From assembly GCA_965200245.1 (NCBI GenBank), contig CBDATS010000015.1:1-64000 (forward strand): a stretch of DNA of 64,000 nt, written 5' to 3'. The stretch's first letter is position 1. Each line of letters begins with the position of its first letter. Made by a program: the position numbers and the translations under genes. Shown in pieces: positions 19,878 through 30,132 of this stretch. Below the pieces are notes generated by a model that worked only from the letters and a program-made list of their open reading frames with translations, made no database searches and was not told where the DNA came from. The DNA comes from a bacterium. GTDB taxonomy: Bacteria; UBA8248.

Positions 19878-20532
19878 CTAGGCGCTGAATACGGTCAGTC
19901 CGAACTGGCGCACCGGACTCAGCGCGGGAAAGAACGGGGTCAGGCTTCCCGCGATACCGAGAAACCCGCTGGCGGCGACGATGTATGCGCTCCAGCGGGG
20001 GAACGGTCCCGGCCAGCGCAGCGCTGCCGCACCGAACAGGAGTGCGGCGACGGCGAGCAGGGTGCTCCCCAGCCAGGCTCCGTTGTTCCGGAACTGCATC
20101 AGGGCGCCGATCGGCACCCTGAGAATCTTCTGTTCACCGGGCGGGGCGGCCACGTAAGCGGCCGAGGCGGCCTGCGCGAGGCTGATGCTGACCATCGCCT
20201 CGATCAGGAATACGCCGGTCCCGAGCAGCATCGCCGCACGGGCCAGGTGAAGCGAGGGATGCCGCCCGGTCATTAGCTGCGCCATGCCCGTTCCGAACCC
20301 GGCGGCGCACACGATGGATGCCAAGAAAAGATACAGCGCGGTCACGGAACCCCCCGGATTGCCGGCCATCGCCGTCATAATCGCGTGCACATCGCCGGCC
20401 TCCATGGCCGGTTCCGACAGGTCAGTGGTGGCGAGAGTCGCCAGCGCGAGCATCGAGAGCGCGAACCACAGGATGCCGCCGGCGCCGGTCAGGCATCCCA
20501 GCGCGGTCGACGCCCCTTCCGGGGCGGGTCAT
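19878..20532 (-). CDS. DUF4386-like membrane protein, probable 5' frameshift
   Basis: Several TM helices and FPRWSAY motif; the ATGA-coupled start at 20532 is out of frame with ORF 19878..20453. Confidence 0.5.
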
Positions 20533-20888
20533 GCCTCATCCTGTAGGGGGTAGACGACACCGAACTTCTCCTCGATCAACCCGGGGTCGGGACGGCCACT
20601 CCTGTTCTGGCGCGACGTCTCGGCCATGAACTCCTCGGCCCAGTGGCCGGGGAAGATGTAGCTGATCATCCTTGCCGTCGTGGTGCCGGTGTTCTCCACG
20701 TAGTGGGATACGCCGCGGGGGCAGTGGATCGTGTCCCCGCTGCCCAGACGGTATGTCTCGCCGCCGATCCGGGCCGACAGCACGCCCTCGATGACGTGGA
20801 AGGTCTGGTCCTCCCACTTGTGGTAATGCTCCGGGATGTGCCCTCCGGGCTCGATGTAAGGGTGCTGGGCGCAGACTCTACTCCTCAT
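20529..20888 (-). CDS. Cupin domain protein, probably N-terminally truncated
   Basis: PEHYHKWEDQTFHVIEG and GDTIHCPRGVSH cupin motifs. Confidence 0.8.
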   Translation of the reverse strand: MRSRVCAQHPYIEPGGHIPEHYHKWEDQTFHVIEGVLSARIGGETYRLGSGDTIHCPRGVSHYVENTGTTTARMISYIFPGHWAEEFMAETSRQNRSGRPDPGLIEEKFGVVYPLQDEA

Positions 20889-21211
20889 AATACCGTGTCA
20901 TCTTCATTACGGTATTATGTTCAAGAAGAAGATCGTTCACAAGCTCGTCAAAACTTCCGCCATCCGGCGAGAAACGCGCATCTGCCCTTGACACGAGGTG
21001 ATTTCGTCCGTAATAAGAACCTTGCGTTTGCTTACATCCCTGTGGTCTCGGCGTCCGGCGAGGCCATGAGCCGCCCGTGGCGAAGCCAAGCGAATCGGTT
21101 TCATTATTCCTTGTTATCGGGGATAATGCACCAGAACGGCGCTTGACTATGAGTTGGGATGAGCCAGACTGTAATTTGGTTCGAGTCTCAGAACAGGAGT
21201 TCACAGTCCGC

Positions 21212-21766
21212 ATGAACACGCGCTTGAAAGCCCCTCCAGTGAAGCTGCCGGCCGAGTACGAGTCGGAGGCGAAAGAAAAGAAACCGTTCATCGACCGCAG
21301 GAGGTTCATGAACTACACGGGGTGGCTGGGAGTCTTGGGTGCCATCCATGTCGCTCTGCTGGGTTTTCTGCGTTTTATGTTCCCGCGCGTTCTGTTCGAG
21401 CCGCCCACAGAGTTCAAGGCGGGCAATCCGGCCGATTACGCCGTGGGCGTGGTGGATACCCGCTATGTGAACAGTGAGCGTGTCTGGGTTATTCGCGAGC
21501 AGGGAGGATTCTACGCCCTGAGTGCAATATGCACCCATTTGGGATGCACGCCCACATACCTGGGTTCGGAGGATAAGTTCAAGTGTCCTTGCCACGGGAG
21601 CGGGTTCCGGAGAAGTGGAATCAACTTCGAGGGTCCGGCTCCGAGGCCGCTTGAGAGGCTCAAGATTGGCTTGGCCGAGGATGGGCAGTTGCTTATTGAT
21701 AAGGGCAAGCTGTTCCGCCATGAAAAAGGAGAATGGGAAGCCCCGGGTTCGTTCCTCTTTATCTGA
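21212..21766 (+). CDS. qcrA: Rieske iron-sulfur subunit of a bc-type complex
   Basis: Tat-like RRRF followed by a TM helix; CTHLGC and CPCHGS boxes; GPAPRPL; AGGAG RBS. Confidence 0.95.
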   Translation: MNTRLKAPPVKLPAEYESEAKEKKPFIDRRRFMNYTGWLGVLGAIHVALLGFLRFMFPRVLFEPPTEFKAGNPADYAVGVVDTRYVNSERVWVIREQGGFYALSAICTHLGCTPTYLGSEDKFKCPCHGSGFRRSGINFEGPAPRPLERLKIGLAEDGQLLIDKGKLFRHEKGEWEAPGSFLFI

Positions 21767-21816
21767 ATCATAAAGGTTTTCATGTTCGTTCGACGTCAGT
21801 TCGTGGGGGTTTTTAG

Positions 21817-22605
21817 ATGCCGAGTTTGAAAGAACGATTGAACCTGGAGCAGGTGAAGCGAAGTGTGCTTGACTCTCAGGTCTGGAGGTCGATGTTCCGC
21901 CACGGATATGAGGACACGCCGAGAAACCGCGTTCTCATGGTCGTGGACAACCTCTGGTTGCACCTGCATCCCACGAAAATCAGGCGACACGCCATCCGCA
22001 TCCGATTCACATGGTGCATGGGTGGGGTGACGTTCCTGCTGTTCCTCTACCTCGTCGTCACCGGCGTGGTCTTGATGTTCTACTACCGGCCCGTAGGCGA
22101 GTACGCCTACGCCGACATCAAGTTCCTCGAATTCGATGCTCCTTTCGGTATGTTCATGCGCAACATGCACCGTTGGGCGGCGCACGCCATGGTCATTGCC
22201 GTGTGGCTCCACATGCTGCGTGTCTTCATGACGGGTTCTTACAAGCCGCCACGCGAGTTCAACTGGGTCATCGGGGTGCTCCTGCTCACGCTTACGTTGC
22301 TGCTCAGCTTTACCGGTTATCTGCTCCCCTGGGATCAGCTTGCCATCTGGGCGGTGACGGTGGGAACCAACATGGCGCGGGCGACGCCGCTCCTCGGGCA
22401 CGAAGGGCCGTTCGCCGAAATGGTGGGAGTCACACCGCGCTTCGATGCGCGTTCGGCGTTGCTGGGCGGAACTATCGTCGGCCCGCCCACGCTATTGCGT
22501 TTCTACGTGCTGCACTGCATCGTTGTTCCGCTGATTGCGGCGATTCTGATGATGGTGCATTTCTGGAGAATTCGAAAAGACGGGGGCATCTCCGGGCCGC
22601 TATAA
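21817..22605 (+). CDS. qcrB: Cytochrome b, N-terminal b6-like subunit
   Basis: WCMGG (heme ci-type Cys), [40 protein letters not shown]. Confidence 0.95.
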   Translation: MPSLKERLNLEQVKRSVLDSQVWRSMFRHGYEDTPRNRVLMVVDNLWLHLHPTKIRRHAIRIRFTWCMGGVTFLLFLYLVVTGVVLMFYYRPVGEYAYADIKFLEFDAPFGMFMRNMHRWAAHAMVIAVWLHMLRVFMTGSYKPPREFNWVIGVLLLTLTLLLSFTGYLLPWDQLAIWAVTVGTNMARATPLLGHEGPFAEMVGVTPRFDARSALLGGTIVGPPTLLRFYVLHCIVVPLIAAILMMVHFWRIRKDGGISGPL

Positions 22606-22644
22606 GTTTCTCGGGCCATATATAAGAAGAGAAGGGCGAGACCA

Positions 22645-23424
22645 TTGGCGAAGGAAGATAAGGTCGTCGGCTCTGCCGATGAGATGGCCAAGACGAGTTG
22701 GGAGCGGGTGAACGACAAGGTTCACGTGTGGCCCTATCTCACGCGACTGGAGTTCATGTGCGCCATTATCATCACCCTGCTGCTTGTGGTGTGGTCCATC
22801 GTGATCGACGCGCCGCTCGAGGAACCTGCGAACCCTTCCGTCACGCCGAACCCCTCGAAGGCACCGTGGTATTTCCTAGGCCTTCAGGAGATGCTCGTGT
22901 TCTTTGATCCCTGGATGGCGGGCGTCGTACTGCCCACTCTCATTATCGTGGGCCTGATGGCCATTCCCTACATCGACGTGAACCCCAAAGGGAACGGCTA
23001 CTACACCTTCCACGAGCGCAGGTTCGCCATTTTCACCTTCCTGTTCGGTTTTCTCGTTCTTTGGATTTGGATGGTGGTACAGGGCACCTTTCTGCGTGGA
23101 CCGGGATGGAACTTCTTCATGCCCTGGGAATACTGGGACCCGCACAAGGTCGTGGCCCTGACGAACGTGGACCTGCCCTACATTCTGGGCTTCAGGAGCT
23201 ATTGGGGCCAGGCGGCGTGCGGCGCAATCCTCGTGTTGCTCTGGTACGCCACAATACCGGTATACTACATCTGGCGGCGTGATCGCATGAAGAACGTCGG
23301 CCTCGTGCGATTCCTCATCAAGGCGTCGCTCAACATGACGATGATGGGACTGGTGGCGAAAATGGTGCTGCGCATCGGGTTCAACGTGAAATACATTCTC
23401 GTTACGCCTTGGTTCAATATCTAG
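22645..23424 (+). CDS. Cytochrome b C-terminal subunit (subunit IV-like)
   Basis: WPYL, PLEEPANP, TPNPSKAPWYFLGLQE (APWY in place of PEWY), PYID, FLRGPGW. Confidence 0.88.
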   Translation: MAKEDKVVGSADEMAKTSWERVNDKVHVWPYLTRLEFMCAIIITLLLVVWSIVIDAPLEEPANPSVTPNPSKAPWYFLGLQEMLVFFDPWMAGVVLPTLIIVGLMAIPYIDVNPKGNGYYTFHERRFAIFTFLFGFLVLWIWMVVQGTFLRGPGWNFFMPWEYWDPHKVVALTNVDLPYILGFRSYWGQAACGAILVLLWYATIPVYYIWRRDRMKNVGLVRFLIKASLNMTMMGLVAKMVLRIGFNVKYILVTPWFNI

Positions 23425-23446
23425 GTTTTTACCTTGAGCGGAGAAG

Positions 23447-23554
23447 ATGGTTCAGGATAGACAGCGAAAACATCTTTGGTGGGATGCCTGCGGCGTAAAG
23501 GTTGCCGCCGTCGTTCTGCTTCTCGTCTCGGGCGTGATTTACCTGTTGGTCTAG
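23447..23554 (+). CDS. 35-aa single-TM protein, possible small bc-complex subunit
   Basis: Read by hand: GGAG RBS, MVQDRQRKHLWWDACGVKVAAVVLLLVSGVIYLLV*, 22 nt after the subunit IV stop. Confidence 0.5.
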   Translation: MVQDRQRKHLWWDACGVKVAAVVLLLVSGVIYLLV

Positions 23555-23708
23555 GAGATTCCAGGGCCACGAAGTCTGAATGGTGAATATTTCGAAAGTC
23601 ACCAGACCGCTTCCCGAAAGGGAGGCGGTTTCTTGTTGGGAATCAATCGAAGTTACGCCGCTGGAAAAAGGGGGGCCTCTGTCTGCTCTGTGGAACGAGC
23701 GGAGAACC

Positions 23709-24233
23709 TTACTCCGAACCGGGCCAGGCCATGTCGTGGGCATGGAGTATCTCGCGGAGTTTCACGACGTTGATAAGTTCCATAGGGGCGCCTTCCGAGT
23801 ATTTTTGCACTTCTTCGGTAAAATATCCCGTAGATATCAGGATTCCTTTGAGTGCTCTTTCGGCGCGTACGGTGTCGGAGAGGCCGATGACCCGTATTGA
23901 ACTCACGGAGTCGCCCTCGGGAACGAGTATGCCGTGGATGATGTAGTCGCCCCCCAGAATGGGCGCGGGGTTGTGCGCGAGGATGTCGATTTCCTCCTCG
24001 TTGACCCAGTGGATCTCCACGATACGCATGTTCATGCTCTCAAGCAGGTCGATGAGCATGCGCTCGAACGCTTGGGGCGAGAGCTGGCGCAGGGAATCGA
24101 TTTCAGAATCGTTTCTCGTCTTCTCCGCGTCCGCCTCGAGCGCGATGTTCGAAGAAGTTTTCTTGACGAACAATATTGTGATGAACCCCATGATTAGCGC
24201 GACGAAAATGAGTTCTAGCATGTCTGCGTCCAA
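23709..24233 (-). CDS. Membrane-anchored Mrr-like restriction endonuclease-fold protein
   Basis: N-terminal TM, LSPQAFERML, EIDILA, KGILISTGYFT, ELINVVKL; catalytic QxK not recognisable. Confidence 0.75.
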   Translation of the reverse strand: MDADMLELIFVALIMGFITILFVKKTSSNIALEADAEKTRNDSEIDSLRQLSPQAFERMLIDLLESMNMRIVEIHWVNEEEIDILAHNPAPILGGDYIIHGILVPEGDSVSSIRVIGLSDTVRAERALKGILISTGYFTEEVQKYSEGAPMELINVVKLREILHAHDMAWPGSE

Positions 24234-24338
24234 GATATAGGTGAGAGAAAAAGCGTCGCGCCGGGAACGGCCATCCGGTGTTCAGGGGTTCGTAGCAGGG
24301 GTGATGAACGTGAGAAGAAAAGATTGCCTCCAGGACGA

Positions 24339-24506
24339 CTATCGGATCATCTCGTCGTAAACATCGTCTTTTTTCCCTTTTTTGATGAGCCTGTCGTGCC
24401 GAAGACCCTGAGAAATGGCCAACCAGACGAAAAACGCCACAAGCGGAATCATGAACGCGATAGGGATGTTGTCGGGCTTTGTCAGAATGAGCAGGAAATT
24501 TTCCAT
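24339..24506 (-). CDS. 55-aa single-TM protein with KPDNIPI motif
   Basis: Read by hand: AAGGA RBS, MENFLLILTKPDNIPIAFMIPLVAFFVWLAISQGLRHDRLIKKGKKDDVYDEMIR*. Confidence 0.8.
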   Translation of the reverse strand: MENFLLILTKPDNIPIAFMIPLVAFFVWLAISQGLRHDRLIKKGKKDDVYDEMIR

Positions 24507-24730
24507 CTTGAATCCTTTTTGAATTGGCTGTAAAGAGAAGCGTCCTTATTCTGACGCAAATCCGGTCCGAGGGCAAGAGAATCGGGAACTTCATCGCAGA
24601 TGAAATGCAGGCGGACGCCTTGACAAAGCACGCGCGGCGTGGATATATGTCTGCTAATGAGGAAATGGGCTGGCGGGAGTATGTGCTGGCGAGCCGCTCT
24701 TTGTACACTGATTATTCAAGAGGCGAGAAT

Positions 24731-25210
24731 ATGCCCCATTTCATCTTCGACGCATGTATCGGTTGTTCCGTATGCGAACCCGTTTGTCCGACGAAGGCCA
24801 TCACGGGCGATCCGCGCGAGATATACAAAATCGACCCCACGCTCTGCATCGATTGCGGCGTGTGCGGCAAGTATTGCCCGGCCTATGCCATTCAGGACGA
24901 TACGGGCGACATCATCAAGAACATCAAGCACAAGGAGATGCCCAAGGCGTTCGTCATGGAGGAAAACTGCACGGGTTGCATCTGGTGCGTGGACGTTTGC
25001 CCGTTCGACTGCATCCGCATGGCGCCATCTTCGGTAGAGCGCGACCATAGCGCGGTGGCCGTGGTGGATCAGTCCACGTGTGTCGGTTGCCGTCTGTGCG
25101 AGGAAATTTGCAACAAGGGGGCGATCATCGTACCCAAACACGAGGACGAGTCGGAATACATGACGCCGTTCATGCACGAGTTCGTCACTTCGCCGCTTCG
25201 CGCGTATTAG
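24731..25210 (+). CDS. Polyferredoxin with four [4Fe-4S] motifs
   Basis: CIGCSVCEPVCP, CIDCGVCGKYCP, CTGCIWCVDVCP, CVGCRLCEEIC. Confidence 0.93.
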   Translation: MPHFIFDACIGCSVCEPVCPTKAITGDPREIYKIDPTLCIDCGVCGKYCPAYAIQDDTGDIIKNIKHKEMPKAFVMEENCTGCIWCVDVCPFDCIRMAPSSVERDHSAVAVVDQSTCVGCRLCEEICNKGAIIVPKHEDESEYMTPFMHEFVTSPLRAY

Positions 25211-25231
25211 AACAAGGACTATCGGAAATCG

Positions 25232-25260
25232 GACTCCCCCGGTAGCGGGGGAGTTTTTTT
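25232..25260 (+). terminator. Rho-independent terminator
   Basis: ACTCCCCCG-GTAG-CGGGGGAGT hairpin followed by a T run, just after the ferredoxin stop. Confidence 0.85.
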
Positions 25261-25392
25261 GTGTGCTCTCCTTGACGCTGTATGGAAGCTCAGGTAGCGT
25301 TTTTCTGGATAAAAGTTCATATTATACTGAAAGATCATGGGTTTGCTCTTTTCTGGCATCAGGACGAGAGAGTCGAAAGAGGGAGGAATTCG

Positions 25393-27627
25393 TTGCCTCC
25401 AGTTTTGACGCAACGCCCACCAGCCCGGATCATGGACATTATTGATCTGGTTGAGGAATACTCGCCCGACTGCTCGGATCTTCTTACCAAAGCCTACATA
25501 TTCACGGCGAAGGTCCATAAGGGACAATCGCGAATATCCGGTGAGCCGTACATATCACATCCACTGGAAGTGGCTAGGCTACTGGCGGAGTTGCGCCAGG
25601 ATCCCGAAACCGTATGTGCGGGACTGCTCCATGACACAGTGGAGGACACCGCCACCACGCTCAAGGAGGTCGACGAGCATTTCGGGAAAGACGTGGCCGA
25701 ACTCGTAGACGGCGTTACGAAACTCGCCAAAATCGATGTCTCGAACACTCAGGTTCGCCAGGCGGAAAGCTACCGCAAGATGCTGATCGCCATGGCAAAG
25801 GATATTCGGGTCATCATCATCAAACTGGCGGACAGACTCCACAACGCTCTGACGCTTCACCACCTTCCCCAGAAAAGAAGGGAACGCATCGCGCGGGAGA
25901 CAGCGGAGATATACGCCCCGCTCGCCAATCGCATCGGTATCGGTTGGCTCAAGGGCGCGCTTGAGGACGTAGCGTTCAAGTACCTCCACCCCAAGGAGTT
26001 TCTGGAAATCGACGAGTTGCTCCGTGACGGCCTGCAAGACCGCGAGGCATATATGCAGTTCATCATCGAGCAGGTAAAAGAGAGCTTGGAAGAAGCCGGT
26101 ATTGATGGCTCCGCGTCCGCAAGATTCAAGCTCCACTCCAGCATCTACGAGAAGATGCAGACGCAGAACCTAGATTTTCACCAGGTATATGACATCTGCG
26201 GCGTGCGAATCATCGTGAACCACAAGAACGATTGTTACGCAGTGATGGGACTCCTGCATTCGAAGTACACGCCTATCCCCGGGCGTTTCAAGGATTACAT
26301 CGCCTTGCCCAAGGCGAATCTGTACCAGTCTCTCCACACCACCGTCGTGGGACCGGAGGGCCAGAGGGTGGAATTCCAGATTCGCACCAGGGAGATGCAC
26401 CGCGTGGCGGAAGAAGGCATCGCCGCGCACTGGAAGTATAAGGAGGGCGCCGTCGATGACGACGGCATGTCTGACAAGTTCGAGTGGATCAGGAGAATCG
26501 TGGAAAGCCTGAACGAGGAATCTGATCCCAGAAATCTCGTCGATTCCGTCAAGGTCAATCTGTTTCAGGATGAAGTGTTTGTGTTTACACCGAGGGGAGA
26601 GGTGAAGAGCCTCCCGCGCGGGGCGACACCGGTCGACTTTGCGTTCTCCATTCACACGGAAGTGGGCAGCCGTTGCGTGGGCGCCAAGGTGAATGGAAAA
26701 ATTGCGCCGCTCAGTTCGCTGCTTGAGAACGGTGACATCGTCGAGATCATCACGAACCCGCATCGCAAGCCCAGCGCAGACTGGTTGAAATTCGTCGTCA
26801 CCGCCAGGGCCAAGCAGAAAATCAGGAACTGGGTCAGGCAGGAACAAAGGGACCGATCCCTCACGCTCGGCAAGGAGTTGCTCGAACACGAGTTGGAGCG
26901 ATGTGTGGCGAAAGAAGAAATCGCTTCCTATGCGAAGCCGGAAGAATTGTCGAAAGTAGCGCGATTCTTCGGGGTGCAAACTCATGAAGACGTGCTCGTT
27001 TCGGTCGGTTTCGGACGCGTGTCCGCCCGGCAGGTCGTGCACAAGCTGTTGCCCGAACAACTCGTACGAGAGAGAGAGAAGCGCGAGAAATCCCGTCTCA
27101 GGCGACTGGTGAGCCGCGTAAGCCGTCACAAGAACAAATCGGGTATCCTCGTCAAAGGCCAGGACGATGTCTTGATTCGCTACGGAAAATGCTGTCAGCC
27201 GATTCCGGGTGATGAGATCGTCGGCTTCATCACGCGTGGACGCGGTGTGACGGTGCACAACGAGAGTTGCCCGAACATCAAGGCACTGATGGACGAACAG
27301 GAGCGCTTGGTGGAAGTTGCTTGGGACGAGGTCGCCAAGGACGAAATGCACCTCGTTACGCTCGTGATCGAGGCGCGTGACAGACTTGGCGTGCTGGCGA
27401 GCCTGAGTGCCGACATTGCGACTTGCGATGCGAACATCTCGCGCGTCGAAGCCGAGACCTCCGGAAACAAGGCGAAGATCCGCCTTGACGTGCAGGTGCG
27501 CGATCTTGCACAACTCAACGAAGTCGTCAAGAAGGTTCGAGGCGAAAAATATATCGTCTCGGTCAGCCGCATCGCGCCTGAGGTAACCCCTCTCAAGGGG
27601 AAGGTTTCGCAGATTCCCACGGAGTAG
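25393..27627 (+). CDS. rel: Bifunctional (p)ppGpp synthetase/hydrolase
   Basis: HD motif LLHDTVED, KLADRLHN, RFKD, YQSLHT, TGS domain (FTPRGEV), CCQPIPGD, C-terminal ACT; TTG start after GGAGG, ATG 25432 is an alternative. Confidence 0.96.
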   Translation: MPPVLTQRPPARIMDIIDLVEEYSPDCSDLLTKAYIFTAKVHKGQSRISGEPYISHPLEVARLLAELRQDPETVCAGLLHDTVEDTATTLKEVDEHFGKDVAELVDGVTKLAKIDVSNTQVRQAESYRKMLIAMAKDIRVIIIKLADRLHNALTLHHLPQKRRERIARETAEIYAPLANRIGIGWLKGALEDVAFKYLHPKEFLEIDELLRDGLQDREAYMQFIIEQVKESLEEAGIDGSASARFKLHSSIYEKMQTQNLDFHQVYDICGVRIIVNHKNDCYAVMGLLHSKYTPIPGRFKDYIALPKANLYQSLHTTVVGPEGQRVEFQIRTREMHRVAEEGIAAHWKYKEGAVDDDGMSDKFEWIRRIVESLNEESDPRNLVDSVKVNLFQDEVFVFTPRGEVKSLPRGATPVDFAFSIHTEVGSRCVGAKVNGKIAPLSSLLENGDIVEIITNPHRKPSADWLKFVVTARAKQKIRNWVRQEQRDRSLTLGKELLEHELERCVAKEEIASYAKPEELSKVARFFGVQTHEDVLVSVGFGRVSARQVVHKLLPEQLVREREKREKSRLRRLVSRVSRHKNKSGILVKGQDDVLIRYGKCCQPIPGDEIVGFITRGRGVTVHNESCPNIKALMDEQERLVEVAWDEVAKDEMHLVTLVIEARDRLGVLASLSADIATCDANISRVEAETSGNKAKIRLDVQVRDLAQLNEVVKKVRGEKYIVSVSRIAPEVTPLKGKVSQIPTE

Positions 27628-27999
27628 GGCGGTTTCCCGCTCTTTCTGCGCGATAGCCCGTCTCGCGGATTTTGCACCGATTGAGCAAGTTCGCTCTGGA
27701 ATCTCCCCGCTCTTTCATCGATCAATGGCACGCTTTATCATGGATCGCCATCGCTACCCGCTCGGCAGCTTGACTCGGGGTTGCATTATCAAGAAGAACA
27801 ACCAAGAGATGACGTGATGGCATGATGAGTGCCAGCAACTCGCAAATGAACGAATTGATACAGGCAATGAATTTCAGATAGTCGTTTTTCTTCGCTACAA
27901 ATTGGATCGTTTCATGCTGCACTATCTGCGCGTAAACGAGAAGGATTGTGCGCGGCGTTGAGTCGACTAGCTGTTGTATAACCAAGAGGAGAGGAAGCA

Positions 28000-28230
28000 A
28001 TGGTAGAGACCATATTTCATATCGGGATGTTAGGAGGAGTTTGGGTTGGCATCTTTGTAATGAAAATATTCAACAAAAACCGCGACGAAGGAATGAAAGA
28101 GCAAGCAAGAATCCGCGTCGCGGAAATGAAGGAGGCAAGAGAGGCAAGAGAGCAGGCAAGAGAAGAGGCAAGAGAGCGCCATGAAGAAAATATGCTCGCA
28201 CTCAAGGCACTCATCGAACGGACGGCATAG
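28000..28230 (+). CDS. Small TM plus coiled-coil hypothetical protein
   Basis: GAGGA RBS, N-terminal hydrophobic helix, EAR/EQAR repeats. Confidence 0.65.
   Translation: MVETIFHIGMLGGVWVGIFVMKIFNKNRDEGMKEQARIRVAEMKEAREAREQAREEARERHEENMLALKALIERTA
28132..28176 (+). repeat. Imperfect in-frame tandem repeat (AGGCAAGAG core x4)
   Basis: gaggcaaga gaggcaaga gagcaggcaaga gaagaggcaaga gag. Confidence 0.7.
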
Positions 28231-29101
28231 ATCCGAAGGAAAAGCGAAGTGTTTTAAGCGCTCCCTACGGCGTTTTCTCAGTCGACCCCTGTCCGTAACT
28301 ATTCGGAAACAGGCGTTTTTCGCACGTGCGCCGCGTGTGCGCGAATTTTGTCGAGAGGAGTGCACCGCCTTTACGGTCGCCGCCCGGGGCAGACGGCATA
28401 TTTCTTGAGAATCTGGCGAATCCACAGCGGCGGTCTTGCCAGCACGTCAACCACTTCACCGCCGCGCACGTCAAATTTCGTCTTGGCCATACCGAAGATC
28501 GCGATCCTCAGTTCGGGCGGAAACCCCGACACGTTATCTGAAAACCCCTGAAGGACACTCACCCGAAAATGAAACAATCCGTCGTCGGCGTCCGGCTTGA
28601 TCTTCGAGTAGGCGTCTTTTCGATAGCTGGATCGTAGAGCGTTCATGGTGCATGTCGTCGGCATCAAGGGTTGTCCATTTCGAGTCGGCATTTTTTTGCC
28701 ATGATATGATCGGCACTGCGGCGAAATTCCCGTCCCAAAGCGAGAAGCACCGCGTCGGGATCTCCACGCTTTCGTGAATGACAGTTCGCCGTGAAAACTG
28801 CGTATAGCAGCGTGATAATTCCCAAATTTTTTCTCTGGCTTCGTATCAGAGGAGGAAGTTGTTGCACCAAGCCCGAAATGCTCTGATAGTTGGAATTGGC
28901 GGTTGCACAGATCAGGCGAGCAAGGAAAATCCTGACGCAGAAATAACAGGTATTCGGGGCACTCGTGACTCAGCCCTATTGGAGCCTGTTGCCGCGAGGG
29001 GCGGAGAAGGTGGATCCAGCCACGTGGAGATAGACTCCATGCCCGTTGGTTCCCCTGATGAACTGCATCTTGAGTTTTGAAATGTTTCTATTTACATGGT
29101 T

Positions 29102-29949
29102 ATGACCCATCAAAGAACTCCAAGGCTAAAATATCTTCTGGACAAGGTCCCGGCCGGGATTCATGGTGGACACGCCATGATTGAGGGCCCAAGGGATCGA
29201 TCCCATATCCATCCATGACTGCATTTCGCGTAGCTGGCTGGAGCGGGTAATCCGTGGAGTGTATCGCCGTCCGCTGCCGGAGGGAGCACAAACTACATCC
29301 CAAGAGTCTTGTGAGATACTCCTCGTCTTCCTGCGCTGGCTCATGCTGTACGATGTGCACCTGGGTGGCGAGAGTGCTCTCGAACTGGCCGGGTATACCC
29401 ACTATCTGGGACTCGGTGAAAAATCACATGTGCACTTCTATGGCGAAGTGCCATCGTGGCTGAAACGGTTACCGACGCGAACGCAGATCGTCGTGCGCCG
29501 ACGAACACTCTTTGGCTACAATCCGGTCGGGCATCAATGATGCGAATATCGGATCCGGAGAGAACACTCCAATGGTGGATGTGTGGCGCTGGCCCATCAG
29601 GACATCTTCTCCGGAACGCGCCATACTTGCGGCGATCGACAAACTGCCCAAATATGCCAGCTTCGAAAATCTGGGCAAGATATTCGAAGGCTTGATCTCG
29701 CTGCGGCCGACGCAGCTGATAACGGCGCAGACAGCTTGTCGAAGTGTGAAGGTACGCAAATTGTTCTTCGTCTATGCAGATAGACACCAACCGGGATAGC
29801 GAAAGAAACTGGATACCTCGCGAATCGATTTTGGCTCTGGAACCCGGGGATCCCTCGTAAAGGGTGGCAGGCTTCACCCAGTCTATCGCATCTATGTGCC
29901 GAAGGCATTGGTGGCCGAGGAATTCGGGCGGGCGGACAGCGATTCTTGA
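29102..29949 (+). pseudogene. Type IV TA/Abi antitoxin AbiEi pseudogene
   Basis: WLERVIRGVYRRP, VHLGGESALELAGYTHYL, SSPERAIL, LRP, CRSVKVRKLF, GGRLHPVYRIYVP; in-frame stops (~29178, ~29797) and frameshifts. Confidence 0.85.
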
Positions 29950-30132
29950 CCGATACGTGGGCCAGGTATAAATGTTGATAAGTGTCTTGCCGGCGGTCGT
30001 GAGATAAGCCTTGTTTGCTCTGAAAGGTGGCACAGCGAAACTTGCTCGAAAGCCTGTTTCGATGACGCCAAATGCTGGCCGGCGAGGTTTGCAAACAACG
30101 ATACCCGCTTCTTCATGGGTCGAAGACGGAAA

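Noticed and set aside
23429-23743. 104-aa minus-strand ORF after subunit IV
   Set aside because: No motif or RBS; the antisense 35-aa TM ORF with an RBS is the better call.
28132-28176. Possible CRISPR array
   Set aside because: Units are 9-12 nt, have no spacers and lie in a coding frame; no cas genes in the window.
28250-28870. Minus-strand fragments suggesting a pseudogene
   Set aside because: Multiple stops and no identifiable family.
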